Below are positions 37,863 through 47,916 of a stretch of 58,138 nucleotides of DNA, piece by piece. Below the pieces are notes generated by a model, which did not search any database, was not told the origin of the DNA, and saw nothing but the letters and a program-made list of their open reading frames with translations. The position numbers were made by a program, and so were the translations under genes. Positions within the stretch are counted from its first letter, which is position 1; each line of letters begins with the position of its first letter. Origin of the DNA: Pseudomonadota bacterium (GTDB lineage: Bacteria; Desulfobacterota; Syntrophia; Syntrophales; UBA5619); assembly GCA_018827585.1 (NCBI GenBank), contig JAHJXP010000016.1, positions 1 through 58,138 of the forward strand. Reading direction: 5' to 3'.

Positions 37863-38672
37863 TTGAAAAATATCGTCGGCATCAAGTTCAAAAAAGAGGG
37901 GAAAATCTACAGTTTCGACACGGCCGATCTTCCGGTGAAGCGGCACGATCTTGTCGTGGTCAGCACGGACAACGGCTTGGCCATCGGCACGGCGGTGACG
38001 GAGGTGACGGCAGTGCCGGATCAGGAATTGGCCGCCAATCTCAAGAGTGTCCTGCGTCTGGCCACGGAGGAGGACCTTCAGACAAGGGAAGGCAACCGGA
38101 AATTAGAGCAGGAGGCCTTCCAGTTCTGCCTCCGCAAGATAGACGAACGCCGGCTTCCCATGAAGCTGATCGATGCGGGATGTCTTTTCGACGGGAGCAA
38201 GATGATCTTCCACTTCACGGCGGAGAACCGGGTTGACTTCCGGGAGCTGGTGAAGGACCTCGTGCAGCGGTTCCGGATGCGCATCGAGCTCCGGCAGATC
38301 GGCGCGAGGCAGGAGGCCCGCATCATCAAGGGACTCGGGATCTGCGGGCGGGAGGTCTGCTGCGCGACGCTCTTGCATAACCTGGACAGGGTCTCGGTAA
38401 AAATGGCCAAGGAGCAGAACATGTCCCTGAATCCCGAGAAGATCTCCGGTCTCTGCGGGAGGCTGATGTGCTGCCTGGGCTACGAATACGACTGCTATAC
38501 GGATCTGAAGAAAGACATGCCGAAGTGCGGGAAGATGGTCCAGACCCCCGAGGGACGAGGCAAGGTTATCCGCCAGAACGCTCTTAGGGAGGAGATCGTC
38601 GTCGTCCTGGAGAGCGGCAAGGAGGCGACTTTAAAGGCGAAGGACGTCCGTCGCCCCCCGGAGGGCCGCTAA
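37863..38672 (+). CDS. PSP1-domain protein (YaaT/RicT family)
   Basis: PSP1 C-terminal domain sequence with a Cys cluster (GICGREVCCATLL...GRLMCCLGYE). The conserved tmk-holB-yaaT-metG order supports the call. The start codon (TTG) is uncertain. Confidence 0.8.
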   Translation: MKNIVGIKFKKEGKIYSFDTADLPVKRHDLVVVSTDNGLAIGTAVTEVTAVPDQELAANLKSVLRLATEEDLQTREGNRKLEQEAFQFCLRKIDERRLPMKLIDAGCLFDGSKMIFHFTAENRVDFRELVKDLVQRFRMRIELRQIGARQEARIIKGLGICGREVCCATLLHNLDRVSVKMAKEQNMSLNPEKISGLCGRLMCCLGYEYDCYTDLKKDMPKCGKMVQTPEGRGKVIRQNALREEIVVVLESGKEATLKAKDVRRPPEGR

Positions 38673-38907
38673 AAGAGGCGGGTGAAAGCCCGCGGAACAG
38701 CATCTTCTCCGAGGCACGGATCTTTTTTCGACCATGCACATCCTCGCTACGCTGCCGGGAAAAAACTCGCGCTAAAGCACTCAGACAGTTTTCCCGGCGG
38801 GTGCTCCGCTGCGGTGGCATGGCGCCCGAAAAAATCTTCAATATGCCCCGGCGAAGAAGCTGTTCCGGTTTGCGGCCGGTTTCCCAATGACTTGAGAAAG
38901 GCAACTT

Positions 38908-40812
38908 ATGGAAAGCGCGTTTTACATCACCACCCCGATCTACTACGTGAACGCCTCGCCCCACATCGGGCACGCCTACACGACCATCGTTGCCGACGTC
39001 CTGGCCCGCTACCACCGGCTCCGCGGCTGCCGGACCTTCTTTTCGACCGGGACGGACGAGCACGGCGAGAAGATCGTCGAGGCGGCCGGGAAGGCGGGCG
39101 TCACCCCCAAGGAGTACGCTGATACGATCAGCGCCCAGTTCCGGGACCTCTGGCCGGAGCTGGCGGTCGCTAACGACTATTTCATCCGGACTACCGACGC
39201 TAACCACATCGAGACGGTCCGGCGCATCCTCCAGAAGGTCTATGATGCGGGGGACATCTACTTCGGCCAGTACGAGGGGTTCTACTGCGTCGGCTGCGAG
39301 CGCTTCTACATGGAAAAGGAGCTTCTCGACGAGAGATGCCCCCAGCACGAGACGGTCCCCGAACACCGCAAGGAGAGCAATTACTTCTTCCGAATGAGCA
39401 AATATCAGCCATGGCTCATCCGCCACATCGAAGAGAACCAGGACTTCATCCGGCCGGAGCGCTACCGGAACGAGGCTTTGGCGTTCCTGCGCGAACCCCT
39501 GGAGGACCTCTGCATTTCCCGGCCGAAGAGCCGCCTCGCCTGGGGTATCACGCTGCCGTTTAACGAAAATTACGTGACCTACGTCTGGTTCGACGCCCTG
39601 ATCAACTACGTCACGGCGGTCGGCTACCCCGACGGCGAGAACTTCCGGACCTTCTGGCCCGTGGCCCAGCATCTGATCGCCAAGGACATCCTCAAGCCTC
39701 ACGGGATCTACTGGCCCACGATGCTCAAGGCCGCCGGCATTGAACCCTACAAGCATCTAAACGTCCATGGCTACTGGAACGTGGACCAGAGCAAGATGTC
39801 CAAGAGCCTCGGCAACGTCGTCAGGCCGCTCGACCTGAAGGACAAGTACGGTCTCGACCCTTTCCGCTATTTCCTGCTTCGGGACATGGTCTTCGGCCTC
39901 GATTCAAGCTTCAGCGAGGAGGCCTTTGTCCAGCGGATCAACTCCGACCTCGCCAACGATCTGGGGAACCTCGTCAGCCGGACGATGACGATGGCCGTCA
40001 GATACGGAAACGGCCGCGTCCCGGAACCGACGGAAGCGGCCGCTGAAGACCGTATCCTGAAGGAGACGGCGGCCAGGGTCGTGGCCGAGGTGGAGGCCTG
40101 CTTTGCGGAACTTGGCCTCCACAAGGCGCTGATTGCGATCTGGGAGTTCATCAACGTCACTAACAAGTACATCGTCGAGCGGGAGCCCTGGGTCCTGGCG
40201 AAGGACCCGGCCAGGAAGGGACGGCTGGAGACGATCATCTACAACCTCCTGGATGCCCTCCGCATAACGGCGGTTCTGATCTCCCCCTTCATGCCGGACA
40301 CGGCCGCGAAGATGATGGATCAGTTGGGGATCGTCGTCGCCCAGGATTTCGAGAGCATCCGGAACTGGGGCGGCCTGAAGGCGGGAAACGAGCTGAAACG
40401 AGAAGATTCCCTCTTCCCCCGCGTGGAGTTCAAGAAGGAGGAGAAGAAATTGGAGGAGATCCAAAAGGCGGTTTCTCCGCCGCCGCTCAAGCCCGAGATC
40501 GGCTACGAGGAGTTCGAGAAGGTAGACCTCCGGGCGGCGAAGGTGATCGCCGCCGAGATGATCCCCAAATCGAACAAGCTGATCCGCTTGACCGTCGAGA
40601 TCGACGGAGAGCGGCAGATCGTCGCCGGGATCGGGAATGACTACACGCCGGAGCAACTCGTCGGAAAATCGATCGTCGTCGTGGCGAACCTCAAACCCGC
40701 GAAGCTGATGGGTGTCGAGTCCCGGGGGATGCTCCTGGCCACCGACACTGAGGGCGGCCTCACCGTCCTCGGTTTCGACCGACCACCCGCGACCGGCGCC
40801 AAGATCCGCTGA
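38908..40812 (+). CDS. metG: methionine--tRNA ligase with a C-terminal tRNA-binding (EMAP-like) domain
   Basis: HIGH (PHIGHAYT) and KMSKS motifs, the Zn knuckle region (CVGCERF...CPQH), and a C-terminal OB-fold tRNA-binding domain. Confidence 0.95.
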   Translation: MESAFYITTPIYYVNASPHIGHAYTTIVADVLARYHRLRGCRTFFSTGTDEHGEKIVEAAGKAGVTPKEYADTISAQFRDLWPELAVANDYFIRTTDANHIETVRRILQKVYDAGDIYFGQYEGFYCVGCERFYMEKELLDERCPQHETVPEHRKESNYFFRMSKYQPWLIRHIEENQDFIRPERYRNEALAFLREPLEDLCISRPKSRLAWGITLPFNENYVTYVWFDALINYVTAVGYPDGENFRTFWPVAQHLIAKDILKPHGIYWPTMLKAAGIEPYKHLNVHGYWNVDQSKMSKSLGNVVRPLDLKDKYGLDPFRYFLLRDMVFGLDSSFSEEAFVQRINSDLANDLGNLVSRTMTMAVRYGNGRVPEPTEAAAEDRILKETAARVVAEVEACFAELGLHKALIAIWEFINVTNKYIVEREPWVLAKDPARKGRLETIIYNLLDALRITAVLISPFMPDTAAKMMDQLGIVVAQDFESIRNWGGLKAGNELKREDSLFPRVEFKKEEKKLEEIQKAVSPPPLKPEIGYEEFEKVDLRAAKVIAAEMIPKSNKLIRLTVEIDGERQIVAGIGNDYTPEQLVGKSIVVVANLKPAKLMGVESRGMLLATDTEGGLTVLGFDRPPATGAKIR

Positions 40813-40829
40813 AAATTTTTGCCTGTATT

Positions 40830-42230
40830 TTAGGCCAGGCCGGCCGGCGCCTTCAGCGGGACGTCCACCGGCTTCACGTATCGGTTCACCGTCTCCATCG
40901 TGCCGCCCACATTGAGTTTCCTGAACAACAGGGCGAACTGGGCCTCCAACTCGGCGCCGATGGCCGCCCGGATCTCCGCCGGCAGGTCCCACAGTTCCCG
41001 CTTGAAGGGGCCGAGCCCCTTCTTGCGGGTCTTGTAGAAGAACTGCTCGTCCGTGTCCCCCTCTTTCCTCTCGGACGCCGCTTCCTTCTTCAGGTAATCG
41101 TAGACCTGCTCGCGGAGCGCCGCCGGAAAGCTCGCGCTGTCGTAGATAATGTTCTGGAATCCCGTCGCCAGGTGGACCTCCGCCGTTCCCGTCGCGGGGA
41201 ACCGGTCGAAGGCCTCCTCCGGCAGCGTCGAGGCGCCGTGCTGCACCGCGCCCGCCAAGCCGTAGTCGGTTCTCGCCACCCGCGAGAGCTGCTCCAGGGT
41301 AGCAAAATCGAGCTTGACCCGCGCGACGGTGCCGTCGGCCAGCGGGACGCCGCCGTGGGTCGTCCCCGTCTGGACGCTGATCTTGCTGATCCCCTTGAGG
41401 TCTGCCCCGCTCTGCTGTAGGGTTTCCCGGTACCCCTCCATAAAGGCATGGAGCTCCTCCACGGTGCTGTTCTTTCCGCCGACCTCGCCGATCTCGCCCC
41501 CGACCGAGATGCAAATCCCGGCCGGCTCCAGGTCGCGGATCATCGTCGTGAGCTCGGCGGCCAGGCTGTAGTTGAGCCGCTGCTGCTCTTTCACCGTCGC
41601 TTCCGCGAGGTCCACGAGGGTAGAGGTGTCGATGTCGATGTTGTAGAAGCCCGCCTCGATCGCCTCCCAGATCAGGTCCTTGACGGCCCTGACCTCGGCT
41701 TCCGGGTCTTTCGCATATTTCTTCGCCCCCACCTGGAAGTGGTCGCCCTGGAGAAACAGGGGGCCCCTGAATCCCGTCTTGATCGCCGCCGCCGTCACCG
41801 CGCATGCGTACTCCTCCGGCCGCTGGCTTGTGTAATCGATTTCCGACCGGGCGATCTCGAAGATCACCGCCCCGACCCCGGAGACCCGCGCGGCCCGGAA
41901 GACCGCCTGGGCGGTGTCGTAGGTGAGCGCGCGGATGTTGATCGCCGGAACGGTAAAGCCGGAGACCTCCCCGCGGCCAATCGCCTCATAGAGCCCCTGG
42001 ATCGACGCGGCATGAACGCCGGCCGCCGCCGCGGCCCCCCGGATCAGCCGGCGGGCGGCCGTCCGCGTTTCTTCCTCCAGGGAAAAGACCGCCGTCCGAA
42101 TCAGATCGTCGATCAGCGTTTCCCGCAGGCGGTTCTCGTCCATGACCCGTACGTCCGCTCCCTCGACGGCCAGGACTCCTTCCCCCGCCTTTTTCAGCAA
42201 TTCCGTATTGTCGTAGATCATCGGCATCAC
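40830..42230 (-). CDS. fba: class II fructose-bisphosphate aldolase family protein (long form)
   Basis: FBA-II TIM-barrel motifs (LQGDHFQV, NIDIDTS, QTGTTHGG, VQHGASTLP). 466 aa. Confidence 0.75.
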   Translation of the reverse strand: MMPMIYDNTELLKKAGEGVLAVEGADVRVMDENRLRETLIDDLIRTAVFSLEEETRTAARRLIRGAAAAAGVHAASIQGLYEAIGRGEVSGFTVPAINIRALTYDTAQAVFRAARVSGVGAVIFEIARSEIDYTSQRPEEYACAVTAAAIKTGFRGPLFLQGDHFQVGAKKYAKDPEAEVRAVKDLIWEAIEAGFYNIDIDTSTLVDLAEATVKEQQRLNYSLAAELTTMIRDLEPAGICISVGGEIGEVGGKNSTVEELHAFMEGYRETLQQSGADLKGISKISVQTGTTHGGVPLADGTVARVKLDFATLEQLSRVARTDYGLAGAVQHGASTLPEEAFDRFPATGTAEVHLATGFQNIIYDSASFPAALREQVYDYLKKEAASERKEGDTDEQFFYKTRKKGLGPFKRELWDLPAEIRAAIGAELEAQFALLFRKLNVGGTMETVNRYVKPVDVPLKAPAGLA

Positions 42231-42247
42231 CTCGCAAAGGTTTGTCT

Positions 42248-42383
42248 TGAGAGCTTTATCTTAGGCCCTCCCAGTCATTGCGAGGTGCACAGCGCCGAAG
42301 CAATCTCATGAATGATCGAATGCTTACGGGATTACTTCGCTTCGCTCGCAATGACTCTGGCGTATTTTTTCAAAGGTCTCGTC
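42248..42383 (+). repeat. REP/MITE-like palindromic element, family A, copy 2 (inside the fbp-fba intergenic spacer)
   Basis: Same sequence as 26446-26576 apart from a few substitutions and a 5-nt insertion. Its end abuts the fbp stop codon. Confidence 0.8.
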
Positions 42384-43328
42384 TCATGAATTGGCGGCCA
42401 GAAACTCCATGGCCTTTTCCACCTCGAACCGGCTTCCGATGTAGATCGGACAACGCTGATCCAGGTTGTCCACCTTAAGGGAGAGGATCTCCTCCTTGCC
42501 GTCCGTGGCGATCCCCCCGGCCTGCTCGATGATGAAGGCCATCGGTTGCAGTTCGAACAGAAGCCGGAGCTTGCCCCGGGGGCTCTTCTTGAGGGCGGGG
42601 TAGGTGAAAACCCCTCCCCGCTTGATCAGGACCTGGTTGATGTCCGGCACGAATCCTCCGCTGTAGCGGAGCTTGTAGCCCTGCGCTTCGAGATATTCGA
42701 GGTACTTTAGATGATTTTCCGTGCAGTCCTTCCGGAGCCCTCCCGGGCTGTAGATGGAGCCCCGCTCTTCGAGAATGATGTGCTCCTGGGAAAGGACGTA
42801 CTCCCCTTCCCGGTTCAGGACGAACTCATGGGTCCCCTTGCCCGCGGAATAGACCATTGTGATGAGCGGCCCGTAGGTGATGTAAAGCGCCGCGACGATC
42901 GAATCCCTGCCCCGTGTGAATACGGACTTCTTGTGGATGCCGATGATGGTCCCGATGGAGAGGTTGGTGTCGACGAGGGAGGAGCCGTCCAGCGGGTCCG
43001 CCGTGATGAAGTACTTTTCCGCGCCCTTCCCGATCTGAACGACCGCATCCTGCTCCTCCGAGACATACTCCCGGACGAAACCCGAATACTGGAGCTGATT
43101 CCGAAGGATGTCGTCGGCGCTCCGGTCGAGGGAGAGCTGCTCCTCCCCGTAGAGGTTCTTGTAACCGGCCAGTTTCCGGTTCGATTCATGGATCTTGGCG
43201 GAGATGTACTTCCCCATCACCGCAATCTGCCAGATGAGCCGGCGGAGTTCCTCCTCAACGCGGGCCATCCACATGTGGCGCCGCAGATCGATGATAAACC
43301 TTGTGTAATCCGATATCCCGTCTCCCAT
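42384..43328 (-). CDS. fbp: class 1 fructose-1,6-bisphosphatase
   Basis: FBPase metal-site motif (DPLDGSS), GTIIGI and YGGL-type motifs. The ATG at 43328 with RBS GGGAGGA is preferred over the track start at 43346. Confidence 0.85.
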   Translation of the reverse strand: MGDGISDYTRFIIDLRRHMWMARVEEELRRLIWQIAVMGKYISAKIHESNRKLAGYKNLYGEEQLSLDRSADDILRNQLQYSGFVREYVSEEQDAVVQIGKGAEKYFITADPLDGSSLVDTNLSIGTIIGIHKKSVFTRGRDSIVAALYITYGPLITMVYSAGKGTHEFVLNREGEYVLSQEHIILEERGSIYSPGGLRKDCTENHLKYLEYLEAQGYKLRYSGGFVPDINQVLIKRGGVFTYPALKKSPRGKLRLLFELQPMAFIIEQAGGIATDGKEEILSLKVDNLDQRCPIYIGSRFEVEKAMEFLAANS

Positions 43329-43575
43329 CGTCCGTTCCTCCCTCACCCCATCACTAAGAAATTATCGTCAAAAATGCAACCCCTTTTTTGGTGTTTCCGC
43401 TTGTCTTGCTTGATCTGCTGCATAAAAATACATTGACAGAGACCGCCGCTCATTATATAAATAACGCGTGAAAAATGTGTACTTTGTCATTCCCGCCCCC
43501 GCTTCCGCGAGGGAAAACTCCACCGGCCGGTTGTTCCTGGCCGGGCAGCGAATTTAAATGCGAAAGGAGATTGAT

Positions 43576-43791
43576 ATGAAACGCTTTTTTGTCATTGTGA
43601 TGGCCACCCTTTTTCTCTCCGGCTGTGGCGCCGCGGCCCGCGAGTCTGGATTCTACGAACACAGCACCATGTACAAGAGCTGGGATCACCTCAAATTCAG
43701 CATCTGCGGCTACAAAAGCGTGGATCCGATGGAAATCAAGCAGTCCAAGGAGCAGGGGTGGTGGGGGATCACCGTCATGGGATCGAATTAG
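43576..43791 (+). CDS. small lipoprotein, unknown function (71 aa)
   Basis: RBS AAAGGAG and a signal peptide with lipobox LSGC (MKRFFVIVMATLFLSGC). Confidence 0.55.
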   Translation: MKRFFVIVMATLFLSGCGAAARESGFYEHSTMYKSWDHLKFSICGYKSVDPMEIKQSKEQGWWGITVMGSN

Positions 43792-44020
43792 CAGGGCTTT
43801 TTTTAAGGGGATCAGGCCTGATATCTTTTGAGGATCATGGCCGGGTTGCCCTCGCAACCTCTGAGAATTTCCCCTGCGCATTGAGAGCTTTAAATTTTGT
43901 CATTTCGCAGTTTTGCAAAGCTCTCTCGTCCTGATTGCCGGACCGGAACCGCCGCCTGTTGGAGCGGCGTTTTCCGTCCTGACCATATCCTACAGGCCTG
44001 GGTGCCAACAAAGAGGGTTT

Positions 44021-44872
44021 TTAGCTTTCCGCCTCCATAGTCAGTAAAATGTCGATCCGGGCGGCCGTTTCCGCGATGAGCCGGGCGGCGGCGTCTTCCG
44101 GGGCCCGCGGATCTTCCTCCAGGCGGAAAGGGATGACCTCGGCCGCGGTCTTAAATACCTCCTGCAGGAGGGCCGTCGTCCGCTCTTGTCTGAGGGAGAT
44201 TGCCGCCCGTTCGCCGTAGCGATCCCCCGCCTGTTCATTGAAGCCGAAATCGTCGATGAGGATGATCAGCCGGGGAACGCCGAGGGAAAGTTCCCTTTTA
44301 ACGCTTTCCCAGAAGCGGCGGTCCTCCTTCCAGGCGCCGAGGTCCGCGGAGTTGGCCACAAAAAGGGGGGACAGCGCTTCAGCCTCTCCGACGCGGAAGG
44401 CCGGGGTGTCCCAGGCCCTCAGAAATCCGATTATCGCCTCCGTGGCTTCGGCGTAGTGATCGGTCGCGATGATCAGGCCCGCGTCCCGGCGGGCGACCAG
44501 ATACGAGAGGATGGGACGCCAGTGAGGATCGATTCGCGACTCGGCGAGGTAGCGCTCCACGAAGCGGGATGCCGCCGCTTCGATCCGCCCTTCCGGGATC
44601 CCGGTTGCAAGACCGAGAACCGCAATCCTCCCTGCCATCACTTTCTTGTAACCTACCTGCGTGGTGCTCCCCTCGACCCAGGTCGGATTGACGATCTCGT
44701 CCCAAAAAAGCTCCGGGGTCGCTATACCGAGGGCAGCAAGTCCAGTCTCCGCCAGCGCGCCCACGAGGTTCTCCCTCCGGGCGAACCGGGGGGCCTCCAG
44801 GCTCAGCGTTCCCGAATAATCGAAGATGACAAGCTTTTCCAGCGTGGTCATGGCTGTATCGACCGATTCCAA
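44021..44872 (-). CDS. hypothetical protein, possibly HAD-like fold with a degenerate motif I
   Basis: LVIFDYSGTLS resembles HAD motif I, but the second Asp is Ser. IIATDH and ILIDDFG are motif II/IV-like. It lies 19-40 nt downstream of thiE on the same strand. The start (TTG 44872 or ATG 44851) is uncertain. Confidence 0.4.
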   Translation of the reverse strand: MESVDTAMTTLEKLVIFDYSGTLSLEAPRFARRENLVGALAETGLAALGIATPELFWDEIVNPTWVEGSTTQVGYKKVMAGRIAVLGLATGIPEGRIEAAASRFVERYLAESRIDPHWRPILSYLVARRDAGLIIATDHYAEATEAIIGFLRAWDTPAFRVGEAEALSPLFVANSADLGAWKEDRRFWESVKRELSLGVPRLIILIDDFGFNEQAGDRYGERAAISLRQERTTALLQEVFKTAAEVIPFRLEEDPRAPEDAAARLIAETAARIDILLTMEAES

Positions 44873-44891
44873 CAGAATGACAACGACCCTT

Positions 44892-45536
44892 TCAAATAGG
44901 GGAAAGCCCTCTATTTGTCAGGGCGGCGCGGATGATTTCGGCCAGCTCCCGGGAGACCGCATAGGGGTCGGGGGCGGCGCAGATTGCGGAGACGACGGCG
45001 ACGCTGTCGGCGCCCGCCATGACCACCGCCTCGGCATTGGAGGCGTTGAGCCCGCCGATGCCGACCAGCGGGTGGCGCGAGAAGGCCCGGATCCGGGCAA
45101 GGCCCTGCAGTCCCCAGGGCTCCTTGGCGTCCGTCTTGGTCGGCGTCGCAAAGATGGGGCTGACGCCGAGATAATCCACGTTGAGCCCCTGCGCCCGCTC
45201 CACATCCTCCCAGGTCTCCACGGAAAGACCGACGATCGCCTTCGGCCCCATCAGCTTCCGGGCGATCTCGTAGGGCATATCCTCCTGCCCCACGTGAACG
45301 CCGTCGGCCTCCACGGCCAGGGCGACATCCAGGCGGTCGTTGATGATGAGAGGCACCATCAACGGCGCGAGGAGGGCCTTGATCCTGAGCGCCTCCTCGA
45401 CAAAGAACCGGGTGGCGACCTCCTTTTCCCGGAGTTGGATGCAAGTCGCTCCGCCACGGACCGCCTGGAGGATGACATCCGCCAACGGCTTGTCTCCGCA
45501 CAGGCCCCGGTCGGTGACGAAATAGAGCCCCTTCAT
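44892..45536 (-). CDS. thiE: thiamine-phosphate synthase
   Basis: LYFVTDR..., IQLREK, and INDRLDVALAVEADGVHVGQEDMP, typical of ThiE. Confidence 0.9.
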   Translation of the reverse strand: MKGLYFVTDRGLCGDKPLADVILQAVRGGATCIQLREKEVATRFFVEEALRIKALLAPLMVPLIINDRLDVALAVEADGVHVGQEDMPYEIARKLMGPKAIVGLSVETWEDVERAQGLNVDYLGVSPIFATPTKTDAKEPWGLQGLARIRAFSRHPLVGIGGLNASNAEAVVMAGADSVAVVSAICAAPDPYAVSRELAEIIRAALTNRGLSPI

Positions 45537-45556
45537 GTCCGATACCCCCTGGCAGG

Positions 45557-46357
45557 CTATTCGATCTTCAGATAACGATCGATGTCATCGGCAGAAAGGC
45601 GGTACAACGCATCCAGGAAGTGGAGCTGGAGGCTGCCCGGCCCCTCCGATCGCGCCGCCCCAATCTCTCCGGCGATTCCCATCACGGCCATTGCCTCTGC
45701 AGCTGCCGCCGCCGGGTCGGGGTTGACCGCGGCAAAGGCGCCGCAGAGGGCCGTCGCCGTGCAGCCGAGACCCGTGACGCGGGTCATCATGATGTGGCCG
45801 TTCCTGACCTTGACGACACCGGTTTTCCCGATGACATAGTCCGTCTCGCCGCTGATGCAGATGGCGGCGCCGCATTCCGTATGCAACTCCCTGCCGATCG
45901 CCACGGCGGAATCGGAGGAGGCGGCGCTATCCACCCCCTTGGTGCGGGCGCCCGCGTCAAGAATCGCCATGATCTCCGAGGCGTTCCCGCGGATGATCTC
46001 CGGGGGGACGGCCCGGATCAACTCGCGCGCCGTCTTCGTCCGGTAGGAGGTGGCGCCCGCCCCGACCGGGTCAAGAACGATCGGGATCTTCTTTGCCCGC
46101 GCCGCTTCGGCCGCCCGGAACATAGCCCGGACCCACGTGGGGCTCAGGGTGCCGATGTTGATGACGAGGGCGGAGGCGATCCCGACCATCTCCTCCACCT
46201 CCTCCTCCGCGTGGGCCATGACCGGCGAGGCGCCCAGGGCGAGCAGGGCGTTGGCCGTGCTGTTCATGACGACGTAATTGGTGATGTTGTGGACAACCGG
46301 GGCCTTTTCCCGGATCGCCCGGATCGCCGACCAGAGATCGTTTGTTGTGACGTTCAT
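45557..46357 (-). CDS. thiM: hydroxyethylthiazole kinase
   Basis: [29 protein letters not shown] and [10 protein letters not shown] motifs. Confidence 0.9.
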   Translation of the reverse strand: MNVTTNDLWSAIRAIREKAPVVHNITNYVVMNSTANALLALGASPVMAHAEEEVEEMVGIASALVINIGTLSPTWVRAMFRAAEAARAKKIPIVLDPVGAGATSYRTKTARELIRAVPPEIIRGNASEIMAILDAGARTKGVDSAASSDSAVAIGRELHTECGAAICISGETDYVIGKTGVVKVRNGHIMMTRVTGLGCTATALCGAFAAVNPDPAAAAAEAMAVMGIAGEIGAARSEGPGSLQLHFLDALYRLSADDIDRYLKIE

Positions 46358-46438
46358 AGAGTGCTTCTCCTTTTATCTTTATCTTACCTTCATCCGGGGG
46401 GAGTTGCAAGAAGGGGAATGGAAAGAGAAAGAATGGAA

Positions 46439-46828
46439 TTATCGTTCAGAATAGAGAAAGCCTCGCTCGCGCATCCACGTGAGGCGCGCCTCCGCGCGGG
46501 CGGGGATGAAGGCGCCGCACTCGCAGCTCTTGGCCATCATCCTGGCTGCCTGCTTCGGGGTCTTCCGCCGCATGCGCACCTCGTCGATCATCTTCCGGAT
46601 GAGATTGGCCAGGTAGCCCAGTTTGAAGAAGGAGAGGACCTTCCGGATAGGGCGGACGAACCAGGGGCGGTACCCCTCGTCCCGCAGGACCCTGTGACAG
46701 GTGGAACACTCCACGCATTCATCCTGATTCACAACGGATTTGCCGTCCGCATCGAGGGAGATCACCCCCATCGTACAGATGATGTGGCAGTTGCCGCAGC
46801 CGACGCATTTGGTCGTGTCGATATCCAT
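46439..46828 (-). CDS. 4Fe-4S ferredoxin-domain protein with a basic C-terminal extension
   Basis: CVGCGNCHIIC and CVECSTCH cluster motifs in the first ~45 aa. The remainder is Arg/Lys-rich. It lies upstream of thiM on the same strand. Confidence 0.6.
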   Translation of the reverse strand: MDIDTTKCVGCGNCHIICTMGVISLDADGKSVVNQDECVECSTCHRVLRDEGYRPWFVRPIRKVLSFFKLGYLANLIRKMIDEVRMRRKTPKQAARMMAKSCECGAFIPARAEARLTWMRERGFLYSER

Positions 46829-46965
46829 ATTGCCCTGTTATAAAGATGCTATTTTCATCCTTCGTTGAGTAGGCAACTCGCGGGCATGAGGGTTAGCCGG
46901 AGCTGGCGGGGACCTCCATAGGCCCCCGCCTGTTTTATACTTGACGACACATTGATCAAACTGTT

Positions 46966-47030
46966 TGTCATGCAGGACTTGATCCGGCATCCATTTTTCC
47001 CGGATGCCGGCTTGCGCCGGAATAAGTGCG
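46966..47030. repeat. REP-like palindromic element (CCGGCATCC-N9-GGATGCCGG core)
   Basis: A 9-bp perfect stem at 46984-46992 / 47002-47010, just downstream of the SPFH gene. The spurious ORFs across it read ...IPAQAGI..., as for other intergenic palindromes. Confidence 0.4.
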
Positions 47031-47055
47031 CAACGCATTATGGCGCTTGTATAGT

Positions 47056-47916
47056 TCATTTCTTGCCTGCTACGTCGCCCACACCGATAAAAGGCACGGC
47101 CCCCGCGCCGGTGACCTGCGGCAGGATCCCGTTCCACTTGTCGATGGCCTTCATGTTGGCCTCGATCTTCCTCAGCTCGATCAGGTCGGTGGAGATGTTG
47201 GCCCGCTGCAGCCGGAGGGATTCCGCCTCGGCCCTGGCGGCGGTGATCTTCTGTTCCGCCTCGATCTTGATCCTATCCAGGTCCCGTCTGGCCTTCAGGG
47301 CGAGCTGCTCGGCCGTCTGCTTCGCTTCGATGGCCTCGGTGAACACCTTGGAGAAACTGAAGATCACAATGGAAAAGGCGTCCACGGCGATATTGTTGGC
47401 TATCAGCCGCTCCGAAAGTGCCATCCGCATGGCCTCGCTCACGGCCGGACGCTTGGTGATGAGCTCCTCCGCCGTATACTTGGCGGTGACGGCCTTGACG
47501 ACCTCCAGGATGGCCGGATCGATGATGCGTTCCTTGAAATGGATGCCGAGATTCTGGTAGACGACATTGGCCTTGTCGGGGACGATATGATAGTTCAAGG
47601 CCACCCGGGAGCTGACGTCCTGGAGATCCGCCGAAGCCGCCGCCGCGTCCGTCTCGGCCTTCTGGACCTTCACATCCACCAGGACGATCTCCTGCATGAT
47701 CGGTATGCGCGCGTGGAGCCCCTCTGCGAGGACCTCCTTCTGCACCGCCCCGAAATTCATGACGATGCCCCTTTGGCCTGCCCCCACCTGGACCCATGGT
47801 CTGGAAAAGAAAATAAGCAGGACGATCGCGCCGATGATCGCAATTACCCGCATAGGCCCTTTCTTCAACACCAACTTCATGGCATCCTTTGCTCCGTACT
47901 GATCCTGATGATTCAT
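47056..47916 (-). CDS. SPFH/Band-7 (prohibitin-like) membrane protein
   Basis: N-terminal TM (VIAIIGAIVLLIFF), then an SPFH domain (VQVGAGQRGIVMNFGAVQ...) and a coiled-coil C-terminus. Confidence 0.85.
   Translation of the reverse strand: MNHQDQYGAKDAMKLVLKKGPMRVIAIIGAIVLLIFFSRPWVQVGAGQRGIVMNFGAVQKEVLAEGLHARIPIMQEIVLVDVKVQKAETDAAAASADLQDVSSRVALNYHIVPDKANVVYQNLGIHFKERIIDPAILEVVKAVTAKYTAEELITKRPAVSEAMRMALSERLIANNIAVDAFSIVIFSFSKVFTEAIEAKQTAEQLALKARRDLDRIKIEAEQKITAARAEAESLRLQRANISTDLIELRKIEANMKAIDKWNGILPQVTGAGAVPFIGVGDVAGKK

Noticed and set aside
46905-46938. A terminator-like hairpin GGCGGGG-N12-CCCCGCC followed by TGTTTTAT on the plus strand.
   Set aside because: No plus-strand gene lies upstream of it. 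On the minus strand it is not followed by a U-tract. It could be a REP-type palindrome or an antisense or bidirectional stop, but I cannot support a function.
46358-47055. A TPP riboswitch upstream of the thiM-thiE operon.
   Set aside because: No CUGAGA or pyrimidine-sensor helix consensus was found by eye on the coding (minus) strand. It is reported as an absence to be verified with a covariance model.
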